Of a stretch of 64,000 nucleotides of DNA, positions 1 through 11,570 are shown one piece after another. The notes beneath the pieces were generated by a model, which worked only from the letters and a program-made list of their open reading frames with translations, had not been told where the DNA came from and searched no databases. Position 1 is the stretch's first letter, and every line of letters starts with the position of its first letter. Position numbers and translations under genes: made by a program. The stretch comes from Paecilomyces variotii (lineage: Eukaryota). The stretch is from NCBI GenBank assembly GCA_004022145.1, contig RCNU01000003.1, one strand, 5' to 3'.

Positions 1-763
1 TAGCAGTGAACCATCCCATTCTTACGAACCGACATGCCTCCCAAATCCGAAGGACCTCCTTCCCCGCATTTGAAAGTCTCTCTGGTTCATTAGTCATGGC
101 CATCGAGAGACGAGGTTGAGTCCCTTCATGGGCAGTCGTGCGCCCATTCTGTTCCCGGCGGGGAACATTGTCAACATCGCCGGCTGGGTTTGTCCCATTT
201 TCGTGAGCAGTAGCTGCCTCGAAGAGAATGTTGAGCGCATCATTACCACTGGAAACAACGGTACGCACCATCGAGCTGTCCAAAGTCATCGAGACTGATC
301 GGCTCTCTGCTTGATAATTCTCGTGATGATGGGCTGGTTGCGCACGGCCGCTTCTAGCCTCGTCGGGGGACCACTGCTCCTCAGTATCGTTGCGGCTATT
401 AAGTCGAGGATTAGCGGATGGTGATGAGAATTCCGATGCTGCAATACTGTTCCTCCCCAAACCCGGACTCCTGGAGGTCCCTTCATGTGCGGGAAGCAGC
501 TGATCCGTTTGAGCTATAGAATTATTAGCGAAACTCTTGCGAAAATTAAGGATTTATTGATACAGACACGTCCTCCGTCTCTCCCAGGCTCTCTTCTTAG
601 GGAATACGCATTGCCTCTGCTCTCTGCGGCACTTTGCACAAGGCGGCCCAGACGGTTTGCCGTCGGCTCCGCTACCCAGGTCGCATTTTGCTTTCCGTTG
701 GCGACATGGGACGCACGCTTTGTATGCTCGCTGCCTGGTCTTGGTTGGAGTAGGGGCTTCCAT
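1..763 (-). CDS. Zn(II)2Cys6 transcription factor, ARO80-like; 3' part runs off the window start
   Basis: Cluster KACVPCRQRKAKCDLG...PPCAKCRREQRQCVF. A GT-AG intron at ~505-567 joins an open exon with MVRTVVSSGNDALNILFEAA and WEACRFVRMGWFTA, motifs I recognise from filamentous-fungal Aro80-like factors. Confidence 0.85.
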
Positions 764-2191
764 AATCAGTAATCTGCATATGAGAAGCGGATAAGTGATA
801 CAAAGTTGATAATATCACAGATGGCAGATTGATAGCCGTTGATATCCGTTGATATCCGCTTCCGTGTGTGGGGTCCGCTCCGTGCAAAGCAACGGCCGGA
901 GAAAACAACCTTGGAAATAAATACCTAAGTACAACAATAATATTTTGCTTGGGTATCACCACTTGGTTGTTTAGGCACTAGGACGCCGACGAGTGGAATT
1001 TCGAGCGCCAGGCATGAAACTTGACTCTGCACTGCCACTGAGCAGGCAAGAGTGGCGGTGAGCACGTGATCATGTTGTGCATGTTTCTATCGGTGAAGCA
1101 ATAATAATAATATATTTAAACAGCTTCCTAAACTCCTGGAGAAAGGAGAGGCTACAAAATAAAGCTAATCCCACAGTTGTCTAGATAAAACATCCCCAAC
1201 ATACCTATCGCTCTGGACCCACCAGGACAAGACTAAGTCCAAAGTGATGGAGGGCCAGTCCAGGGAAATCTTGCGGGTGATATAGAATCTAAAGGAGATG
1301 CTTGTATAAAGAAATATCATCTTTCAGCAGATTGCCACTAATTCAATAGATATAAACGCGGACTAACGATAGCTGAAAGACCAAAATGCGGATCTACAGG
1401 AAGCCTACGGGCTAAGTTGGAAGGTACCTTGTGAACAGCAGGACCTTTAACAAGATCATGGGTAGAGGTGGCAGCTCATTACCGTTAGGGACCTATGGGA
1501 AATAGAAGATCTTTTCTACCTTAGTACAAAATACTGTATATTCATTATATACCATGCATGGGAAGAAGTGGATTAATTCGTCATGCTGACGAACATATAA
1601 CACGCATAACTAACTATATCGACATAGAACGATACTAGTCATTGATACAGCTCATTGGTCGGGGAGTCCGTCCTTGAAACACCATAGGGGAAACCAGACA
1701 GGCGCATGGAAATAGTCATAACGAATGAGAATGCGAATGGGTATTTCTATCCCTACCAATCTAGGATACTTGATAATGGAAGAAACATAACCGTTTTCCT
1801 TTTGGGGCGGGAAGACGTCAACCTTACCAGAACTCAGAGTCTCCCACATGGTTTACTTACCATGGTTCGGCTACTTAGAATATAGATCCTGGTGATTCTT
1901 TCACATGGGGCTAGGAAACGGCCTGTTTAACGCCCTCGTTACTTGCTTCTTGATACGCTCTTACTACCGACATCATGATAACATGGAATGACGTATATAC
2001 TACATTCGAAGAATATAGAATAGTTCTAGTTAACGTCATATAGTACTATGCTAATTGATGTAGTCTACGGAAAGCGGATATATATTGACCTTTTGTCCTC
2101 CCCGTCGAGCATAGCATCTTTAGATCTTTCATTCTATCACACGAACTACGAGAACCATCTTGAAATTGCATCTTGAGATAACCCTGCAAAC

Positions 2192-2580
2192 ATGGCACCT
2201 GCATACAAAGTCGGCGATACTGTGCGATACAAGCCTGTTGGAGGTATGTGCTGCTCTTCCTTCTCTTCCGTATCTCTTCTTCCCTACAGAATACCAGTTT
2301 AGTAGCTAACGAATACTGATACGCAGGACCGGACTCCAATACTTCCGAAAGTGTCGGCACCATCAAGTCTGTCCTAACTGAGCCGGGTAACCAGGCCGGT
2401 CGGAACGTCGATGCTAGTGAGGACGATCCGAGATATGAGGTATGTATTATCCTCATGGACTGGCTTTTATATGATATTAGGTGTTTTAAGAGCATAAGTC
2501 TGAAAGGTGTGCAGATCGAAAATAACAATACCGGGAAGACAAGCACGATTTACGAAAGTAACATTCTAGGGAAGGCTTAG
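2192..2580 (+). CDS. Small (~76 aa) Hva1/DUF2945-like Tudor-domain protein, 3 exons
   Basis: Exons 2192-2243, 2327-2439 and 2515-2580 with GTATGT donors and CAG acceptors. They splice in frame to MAPAYKVGDTVRYKPVGGPDSNTSESVGTIKSVLTEPGNQAGRNVDASEDDPRYEIENNNTGKTSTIYESNILGKA*. Absent from the ORF track. Confidence 0.8.
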
Positions 2581-4498
2581 GCGAATGATTAGTTGAGATC
2601 TGTCTTTGGTTGAAACGGACACGCCGAATAGTTGATATGTCAATACAATAATCACCAAGGACGATCTTCTTCAAAAGAGTTTCCAGTCCAGAGCGTCTGT
2701 ATATAGTATGTCCATAATGCAGACTCCGTAAATTGCAAAACGTGCGGTATACTAGGTCTAGCTGTATCCAGTAATAGCTTATAAGACAGTTAATAAACCT
2801 ATAAGCAAAATATGTCAGCGCGTAAAGCGTTTGTCCAGATAATCTGTTAACTATCCGTTTGCAGCAGGCTCTGATATCCTAATTACAGAACAGAACCTAC
2901 TAGATTACTAAGATCTAAATTCTTTGTACGCTAATAGGAGATCAATATGGGTTTAAACCCCCCCTAGAAATAGATTGAAGCAAGCAGTTTAAGCGGCCTA
3001 GATGTATAAGCTGGGTGGTTCAATTCAGACTATACTTCCGTGCTTTGGATTCGACCAAATAGGAGGATGAAGTAAAAAGCCCTGAGCTTTCATTTACTAT
3101 TCTTCTATGAATTATGAGAGCGATATGGTGGTGGGTGGAGAAACATTCGCATCTTCCTGTAACACACAGCTATGAAAAATGTTCCGGAAGCTCACGCAGA
3201 GATAATCGCAATGAGCCGACCTGCAACTTGACATCGTCGAACTCCAACTCTCTATGAAGGATTCTTCCATCGCGATCCTGTTCTACTCAACAGCGGATTT
3301 CCCACAATTCCCACAATCCCCACAATCCCCACGCCGTGCTCGACGGTCACTTCATTACGCAGTGCGCTGACTTCCCCACTCTTAGGCGGAGGCGTAGTAG
3401 TCACAATAATAGTCTAGCCTTGGTCTCCTGTTCCGGTAAGCATCGGATCGTCGATCATGAAGATGTTTTCACTAGCCTCAGGTCAGGTACCTAATAATGG
3501 AACAGCTCATCCATTCGACACAGCTCCCCTCTAATTACATTTTTGATCATGGTCGTTGCAATTTGATTTCTCTCGAGGCCATCAGTCTTCGCTTCTACGA
3601 CGCACTGGGAATAACATACTCTATACTGAAGAAGGATAGAGTACCTACCTATGGAGAGACCGCATCGTGATTATTGATTTCTATTCTCTTACGTTTGGAC
3701 GCCCGGTGGGCTTACTTAGGTTTCTGGCTAAAACTGATCTCCATGCTTAATTTTGACACCACACCGGTACACCCACTCTTCTGGTCGTGACGGAGAAGAT
3801 GATGCTGATGATACCGATTCGCTGGTTAGTCTCAAAAGATGGGGCCGGGCTTGTTTTGGATGATTCGGCGATCACTTGATGGTTGAACTTATCCTCAATC
3901 GTGGTCGCAAAAGGAGCCTCATGGCGTGGGAATTGTGGGAGAGGATCTGATAACTTAAAAGCACAGCGAACTAAATGGGAATTAGGGTTAAGCTGCCGCG
4001 TCCTTCCATTCTTTAGCCTCAATGCATACGTCGCCGTCATCTCCGTCGTTTAAAAACACCATAACCAGATACCCCGATTTGACATTGTCAATCAACGGAC
4101 CAGATCTGCTCCGCTATCTAGTGACGCGTCCTAATCTTGGCAACTATTAAATTGGAACTTATTCGGAGACCTTCCATCCTCCATATATTATTATTATTAA
4201 AAATGGAAACGACGGCACTACTACTTAAGTATACTATTCTAGGTTTGGTATTCTCTTACGGCTATGTATGGAATGGCGATGCCAGTGGCTAGGCCGTTTT
4301 CTCAGCCTTGTTGTTTCCTCGATCTCCAAGGCTACGCGCCGGAGAATATCCGAAGACTTCAAAAGAGGTGTCCAGCATGGACTTTATAAGGATAGTGACT
4401 TCAGCGAAATTGAAGCCGTCCTTGCACTCGTTGCATCCACTCGTTCACTTGTTTGGTTCTTCTATTCTCACACTCGTTTTCCTCTAATGGGAATCAAC

Positions 4499-6298
4499 AT
4501 GCGTCGAGCTTTGGCCGTAGCTGCCATCGCAGCGTCCGCCAATGCAGCGTCCCTTGCGGATGTTTGCACAGTGTCTAATGTGCAGGCTGCTTTACCTGCC
4601 AATGGCACCTTGCTCGGCATCAACTTGATCCCATCGGCTTCAACCGCGAGCCCTGTCTACAATGCCACCGCTGGAGGAGGAATGGGTTCTACGAGCACTA
4701 CCACTAGTGCTGAAACATTCAATTACTGTAATGTGACAGTTACCTATACGCACCCTGGCAAGGGTGATACTGTGGTGGTCAAGTATGCTTTCCCTAGTCC
4801 AGGTGATTTCAAGAACCGATTCTATGTCGCAGGTGGTGGTGGTTACTCCCTCTCCAGCGATGCAACTGGTGGTCTTGAATACGGTGCTGTTGGAGGTGCC
4901 ACCTCAGCAGGTTACGATGCCTTCGACTACAGTTACGACGAAGTGGTTCTGCTTGGCAATGGCTCCATCAACTGGGACGCCACGTACATGTTCGGATATC
5001 AGGCATTGGGCGAGATGACGATTCTAGGAAAAGCCCTCACGAAGAACTTCTACGGGCTGTCTAGCAACACCAAGGTCTACACTTACTACGAGGGATGCTC
5101 CGACGGTGGGCGAGAAGGTATGAGCCAAGTTCAGCGCTGGGGTGAGGAATACGACGGTGTTATCACAGGTGCTCCAGCCTTCCGTCTAGCCCAGCAACAG
5201 GTTCTCCATATCTTTTCATCTGCTGTCGAGCATACGTTGGACTACTATCCACCTCCATGTGAACTGGATAAGATCGTGAATGCCACTATTGCTGCTTGCG
5301 ATCCTCTGGATGGGAGAACAGACGGCGTCATCTCTAGAACGGATCTCTGTAAGCTCAACTTCAACCTGAGCTCAATCATCGGTGAACCCTACTACTGCGC
5401 GGCCGAGAGCAGCACGTCCCTTGGCTTCGGCTTCAGCAAGCGCGATATCAAAGGAGGAAATCTGAACAAGCGTCAGGCCGCCGAAGGCAGCACGACCAGC
5501 TACCAACCAGCCCAGAACGGCACAGTTTCCGCGGAGGGAGTCGCTGTCGCCCAGACAATTTACGACGGTCTCTTCAACTCCAAGGGCGAGCGAGCCTACC
5601 TCTCATGGCAGATCGGTTCCGAGCTCTCTGACGCTGACACTACCTGGAACAATGACACAAAATCATGGGAGCTCAACATCCCATCCACCGGGGGCTCGTA
5701 CGCGACCAAATTCGTCGAATTGCTCGATCTCGACAACCTCTCGAACCTAGACAACGTCACATACGACACTCTCGTCTCCTGGATGGAAACCGGCATGGTA
5801 CGGTACCTCGACAGTCTCCAGACAACCATACCTGATCTCACAACCTTCCAATCCTCCGGCGGAAAACTTCTTCATTACCACGGAGAATCCGACCCCAGTA
5901 TCCCCACCGCCTCCTCCGTGCACTACTGGCAATCCGTCCGTTCGATCATGTACGGTAACCTCTCTGAGGAAGAGAGCCTCCAGGCCCTCGAGGATTGGTA
6001 CCAATTCTACCTGGTCCCCGGCGCAGCCCACTGCGGGACCAACTCCCTGCAGCCTGGCCCATACCCAGAGAACAACATGGAGATCATGATCGATTGGGTC
6101 GAGAATGGTGTGAAGCCAAGTCGTCTTAACGCGACTGTCTCCTCGGGTCCTTATGCTGGCGAGACGCAGATGTTGTGCCAGTGGCCGACTCGTCCGCTCT
6201 GGCACGGGAATAGCTCGAGTTTTGACTGCGTCAACGATCAGAAGTCTATTGAAAGTTGGACTTATAGTTTCCCCGCGTTCAAGGTCCCGGTCTACTAA
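4499..6298 (+). CDS. Secreted tannase (tannase/feruloyl esterase family), intronless
   Basis: Signal peptide MRRALAVAAIAASANA, nucleophile motif GCSDGG, HGESD, GAAHC, and internal KR sites as in Aspergillus tannases. Start is probably 4499 (or 4487) rather than 4268. Confidence 0.92.
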   Translation: MRRALAVAAIAASANAASLADVCTVSNVQAALPANGTLLGINLIPSASTASPVYNATAGGGMGSTSTTTSAETFNYCNVTVTYTHPGKGDTVVVKYAFPSPGDFKNRFYVAGGGGYSLSSDATGGLEYGAVGGATSAGYDAFDYSYDEVVLLGNGSINWDATYMFGYQALGEMTILGKALTKNFYGLSSNTKVYTYYEGCSDGGREGMSQVQRWGEEYDGVITGAPAFRLAQQQVLHIFSSAVEHTLDYYPPPCELDKIVNATIAACDPLDGRTDGVISRTDLCKLNFNLSSIIGEPYYCAAESSTSLGFGFSKRDIKGGNLNKRQAAEGSTTSYQPAQNGTVSAEGVAVAQTIYDGLFNSKGERAYLSWQIGSELSDADTTWNNDTKSWELNIPSTGGSYATKFVELLDLDNLSNLDNVTYDTLVSWMETGMVRYLDSLQTTIPDLTTFQSSGGKLLHYHGESDPSIPTASSVHYWQSVRSIMYGNLSEEESLQALEDWYQFYLVPGAAHCGTNSLQPGPYPENNMEIMIDWVENGVKPSRLNATVSSGPYAGETQMLCQWPTRPLWHGNSSSFDCVNDQKSIESWTYSFPAFKVPVY

Positions 6299-6953
6299 CT
6301 AAGCGGGTTTCAAAGAGTAGTTTGTTTTCTCTACTCGTATTGCTTGAACAGATATTTGGCTGCTTTTTTATTTCGCCTTACATATTTTGGAGATATCTTT
6401 TTATAACTATTGAACGTACATATTGTTAGATAATAATATATGTTTTCGATCTCCTACACCTTCCTGATCGGGGTTGGCTAGAGCTGTCCAAGAGATGTTT
6501 CACCCAATCAAGCATCTAGCAGGCCCAAGATATATGGCTGATGCTAGTTTCAGTTTTCCACTAGCTTCTGAGAGATCCATCCGCGTCGAGATGTTCAGTA
6601 TAAAGCTATAACAAGTTAGGCATCTCAATAAAATTGATGAATCTAGTCTACAATAGAGCGAAAAGAATGAAGGTCGAAGATAGAAGAGAAGATAAAAAAA
6701 TCATGTGCATGCAAATGCGCAATATAGCCGCCTTGAAAGGATGAACGCCGGAATCGATCCGATCGCTTGCTCGCTGGGAATCTCTTAACGAGGACACAAC
6801 CACTGTATAGTTGTCCTGCATACAGATCGACCGATCACGTTAAATAACTCTAGTAGCAAAAGTCTCAGGTCAATTCCAGTAACAGAAGAGATAGAGCAAT
6901 GGGGAAAATACCTAGTCATGCAAAAACCGTCATGTTGAAACGAAGATCGTGCT

Positions 6954-8636
6954 CTACAAGCTGGCATTCACCTTCACTTCAGCGCCAACAATCTCTGTCA
7001 AAAGAAAAGTCAGTAGCTGTTTCTTTCTAGCTACCCCTCCATATATGGACGAGGGTCTGAGGCAAGGCTCACACAACGCACCATTCCACGCCTGAAGGGC
7101 GTGCTCCTCTTCATCCCACCCCCAAAGGAACTTCTGTGTCTCCCGATCGGCCCACTTATCGGGATTAGATGCTCCATTCATCGAGGCACGGAATTGCTCG
7201 TCGCGCGCTCTTTGTTCGGGGCCATCAGGCAGGTGCAGTGTGATGCGGTTGTCCGTCCCTGACTGCTGTACAGTGTCTGCACGCTGCTTACGGGACTTCT
7301 CGTAGGCCTGTAGGGCCAGGGGCACCTCGCGGGGAGAGGAGATGGCAGAAAGAAGGACGCCCAAAGCAGCAGCATCCTCAACGGCTTGAGCAGCACCCTG
7401 TGCAACGTATGGTCTGATAAAGAGTTAGCACGAACCCGTGGGGAAGCGGGAACAAACGGAGATGTCCTTACAGCATGGGATGGCATGCATCTCCCATCAA
7501 CGCCACACTACCCTTGACCCATGTCGGGAGGGGCTTGTGTAGACAGAGCTTCCACTCCAGCACCTCGTCCTCCTGCACCAAATCGATGATCTTCCTCACC
7601 CGGGCGTCCCAGCCAAGATAGTCGTTGACCATACCCTGCTTTGATCCCTTGGTGGTCCAACCCTCCTCAACATTACCTCGATCCGGATGCGTCAAGACGA
7701 CATTGTACAGCTCGTGCTTGCGAACGGGATATGCGATGACATGGCGTCCGGGTCCGATCCATCGGGTGGCATCGGGCTCATCGATCAGCTGCTTCAGCTC
7801 CGGGTCCGTCTCCATCACGCTGCGGGGTAGAATGACTCTGTACACAGCATCTCCCGTCGGGTACGCTTTGATGTCATCGTCCAGGAGCTTGCCGCGGATC
7901 ACGGATTTGATGCCGTCGCCTGCAATCACGACATCTCCAGACACCACCGTATCGTTGACCAGTGTCACTGACGGGGGCTCAAAGGTGACATCCTTAACCA
8001 TCGAATTGACCCGGAGCTCAACATTGGGCAGGGCCAGAGCTCTTTCGATCAAAGCGTTGTGTAGATCTGCCCGGTGGATGACAACCTGCTGTCCGTAGGC
8101 CTTGTTGACCGGCATCTTGCCCAGGACCGCTCCGTTCTCCCATCTCAATACGTTGATATGCTCAAGGGGAACATCTGTTGCGTGGATCAAATCACTGACA
8201 CCCCACCCTATTGTATCCCATCAGAACCTGCTGTGTATGTCCAACCTCTCTGGATAGATTGCACTCACGGTCGAGTAACCTCAACATGTTCGGGGAAACC
8301 TGAATTCCGGCACCAACCTCCATAAGCTGTACTTGTAAGTTAGCATCCTGTCACGCATTTCAGGAGCATTGTTTCGTCCCACGTACCTTGGGTGCTGCTT
8401 CTACGATAATCACCCGGTGTCCCCGCAGACCAAGTGTGAGAGCAGCTGCCATACCCCCGATTCCTGTTCGCCATCAGCTTTTGATGCCACTGCGCGCGCT
8501 GTACATGCGTCATACCTGCTCTATAAGAAAATTATTAGCTATCATTCTCGAGATATGATGGAACAGATGCATCGAAGGAGCCATACCCAACCACGACCAC
8601 CGTCAACGGCGTCTTCGCCTGTGGTACCGTCACCAT
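6954..8636 (-). CDS. FAD-dependent monooxygenase, salicylate hydroxylase-like, multi-exon
   Basis: Spliced N-terminus VVVVGAGIGG (Rossmann motif), EVGAGIQ, IHRADL, AGDGIKS, GDACHPML/PYVAQGAAQAVEDAA. Confidence 0.9.
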
Positions 8637-10209
8637 GATGGCGATCGTCTGACCAAAGCCCGGTATCGACTGAGAAGAGAAGAAAAGAACCCGGAGCGTC
8701 CCACGTGAAAATTTCCTGCGCGCGAAGAGGCAGCGGGCCGTATCCAGTGAAGCAATTGAATCACTTCACCTTGATGTCGCGGACCTGGCTTGTCTTTATC
8801 TGCCTCCGGGAAGTGGACAGAAGCAGAACCGCGAGGCTACAGCTCGAACAGCCGGTCGAAGACCCCATCTCGCGATACTGTGCCCCCACGACCTCGTCTT
8901 GCGACGGCAAAGACAGCGAGGGTAATGCCGTCCGAGATGCGCACTGCCGGTCCAGCCGTGCGGGGCGCGGGACCCAAGGGACTGTTCTCCGGGGCAATTA
9001 GTAGTAGATTAGGGTCCGGTCTGTGTGCGGCGACTGGCGCAAAAAATCGGCCCAAGAAGACAGGAAAAGCGTGGAAATTTGGAAAAGCGTTCGGCGGGAT
9101 CGAAGGCTGCGGAGCTTGGCAACAGATTGATACTGCAATGTCCTATGGGATAGCGCGCGGTGGAGGAGCAGTTGGCGTCCTGAGGCGTTGGCGTTCGGCA
9201 GAAATCCTCGGCAGCGCTTCTCTTTTGGTCGTGCCCGGCTGTCAGTTCCCTTTCATCTGCCGGTTCTCCCTCTGTCGCGAACTAACTAATTATTTGTCCA
9301 GTTCAACGGTGGTTCAAGTCTCATTCTTCTTTTGTGAGCTGTAACTATTCATACTTACTTAGTTACGCTGTTCTGTTTCCCTATGTCATCTGCCTCGTCT
9401 GCCATCGCCCGTCCAGTTCACGGCAATGATGGCTTCTCTCTCTTGCCGATACACGAACTCACTAACTCTCTTTGCTCACTCACTCAAAGACGAGTCAAGT
9501 CATTATTATTGCTGTTCTCGATAAGGAGTACAGGAGTTCGTCTGCTGCACACGCTATGTATGGTATTATGATGATTCTGAGGCTAGACGGGGACAGTTCC
9601 GGAGAATTCACTCCGTTGCTGCAACGCCCCGGGGATGCAGTATCATTATTGAACAGTCGGAATACCCCAGCGATTGGCTCCTCCCCGGTGCCCTGTCATG
9701 GCAGAATAAACAAGGATGCTTCAGTTACAACGTCCATGCAGTGGCCAATCTGCGATGCTGGTAGTATACATTATTACATACAGTATCAGAAGGAAATGTG
9801 CAACGGCCCTGGCTGTCTTGGATCAGATAGCACAAGCAGATATTTACATCCATTATTATTGTTATTCCTTCAGCCTCTGCCCTCTACGAAACCTATGAAT
9901 CAATCCGTGGTCTCTCATCTGCACGTGGTGGGCTCCCCGTTTCCCGTCCCTTTCCCCACAGGTTGTTCTTCTGCTCCACAGGTCTGAGTCGTTCGGTATT
10001 GCCTTTCCAATGCGGATCCGAGAACTGCCAATATCTATCATTTATCTACGGACTCACTTTACTCCGGCCGTTGATCAGTGATCGTGGATCTCTGAGCTAG
10101 CGGAATCCAGAGCCGTTGTCCCATTCGCGGAAGGATTGATGCTGAGTAGATATTGGGCTCGGATCACCATGCGACAACGTCCCAACGACCAGACTTCAGG
10201 ACAATCTCT

Positions 10210-11570
10210 TTGTCTGATAACTTGGTTTCACCCTCGTACGAAACCAGATCAGAGAGAGCCTGCAGGCCCTCCCGCTCAATCGTTGCTTGTATCTCAGGCT
10301 GCGAGGTGTGATCCGACACTCAAACGGGCTGGGACGCATGTTGGGGCCGTTTCTGTCATCTCAGTCAGACAACAACAATAATGATATATCCCGAGACAGA
10401 CTGCCGGGGACGGCCAGGAACACATACGTATAGTCAAAGATGTTCATTGGAATCTTGTTTCCTTGCTCATCAACGGCCTTTTGGATCCTCAAAACCCCAC
10501 AGTAAGCGGGCCACCATGATGAATGTATGTACCCTGTTCCACAGCCCCTGGCCACTGCATACCCGACGGCCCCAACCGAAGGTCATGTATTCTCTGTCTC
10601 CCGGGTACGGACGGCTGTCAGGGCTGCCTTTGATGTATTATCTTTCCGGTTTGAATCGGTCGGGATTCGCGTTCATCGTGGTGGATAGCCCAAACATTCC
10701 CTTGGACCCAGATACCTTTGGGAAAAAGAACAGCCACCCCTGTGTGTTGTCAGTACCAGGCACTAGCGTTCGTATTGTTATCGCGCTGAATGCATATCTT
10801 ATAGATGTTCATCTTGGATTGGAGCATGGGGTTGGCCTCCAATGATTGCTACTGACCGCCAGCGGAGAACCTCCTTTACAAATGCCTTGACTGTCGACAT
10901 AAGGCAGCTTGGGCTCATCTTCGAACGTGGGGCTGCGCTGATGTCCAACAGCCTGGTCGAGTTCCTCCCAGGCTTTTGGTAACGTCTCTGGAAAGGCACA
11001 GCAGGGGAGAACGAACGTGATCGGTGTGGAACTGGATATACCGCTTCCCGCACCAAAGACTTCCCATCATCATTGGGAACTTCTTGCCAGGAACATTTTC
11101 TCAGGCCAGCTGCATGACCACAATGACCTCTGTTATAATAGGATCCGTGAAGCTCACAATTCGTCTTCCAAAACCGATGATAGATACAACACTTGCGGCA
11201 TATCGTTCAAAATGGCTAACATATGCCTTAGGGGTAGATAGCAGGTTGTAGGCGACCACCTTACTCTCGTCATTCTGGAAGCTGCGATAACTCCTGACTT
11301 ATTGCAGACTGACACCCATGTGCGTTAACCGTCGATGTAGCCGCCAGCGGTCCCCAGAATAACTGATCCAAGCCAAGCTCTCCGAAGACCACCATTCGCG
11401 GCCGCAAAGCATAGATGCCTGCGCGCATGTCGAGCAACTACGCAGCCCATGCATCGCGGATCCAAAGTGTCGGATTGCGACCACTCCAGAATGTGATCAG
11501 GGGTGCCTTATATTCCTTTACAAATTGCTTGAAATAGATCCAGGGTTTGCCGTCTGGTAAGGGGTGGATA
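10210..11570 (-). pseudogene. Decayed cytochrome P450 pseudogene
   Basis: Fragments KPWIYF, GDRWRLHRRLTH, FERYAASVVSIIGFGRR, KEVLRWR (ExxR, ~10862-10873), PDRFKPER and heme motif FGWGRRVCSG (10551-10580). In-frame stops at 11438-11440, 11299-11301 and 11101-11103, plus frameshifts. Limits approximate. Confidence 0.85.

Noticed and set aside
3296..3332. Short tandem cccacaat(t/c) repeats
   Set aside because: About four 9-bp units without spacers; a simple repeat, not CRISPR or telomeric.
3747..4040. ORF with RIGIISIIF, faintly like an amino-acid permease N-terminus
   Set aside because: No continuing homologous sequence is visible; too weak to call.
4268..4498. N-terminal extension of the tannase ORF
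   Set aside because: The signal peptide begins at 4487/4499 and a TATA-like tttataag lies at ~4383, so the extension is probably promoter/UTR.
8705..9987. Overlapping 60-184 aa ORFs upstream of the FAD monooxygenase
   Set aside because: No recognisable motifs; GC-rich promoter DNA gives chance ORFs.
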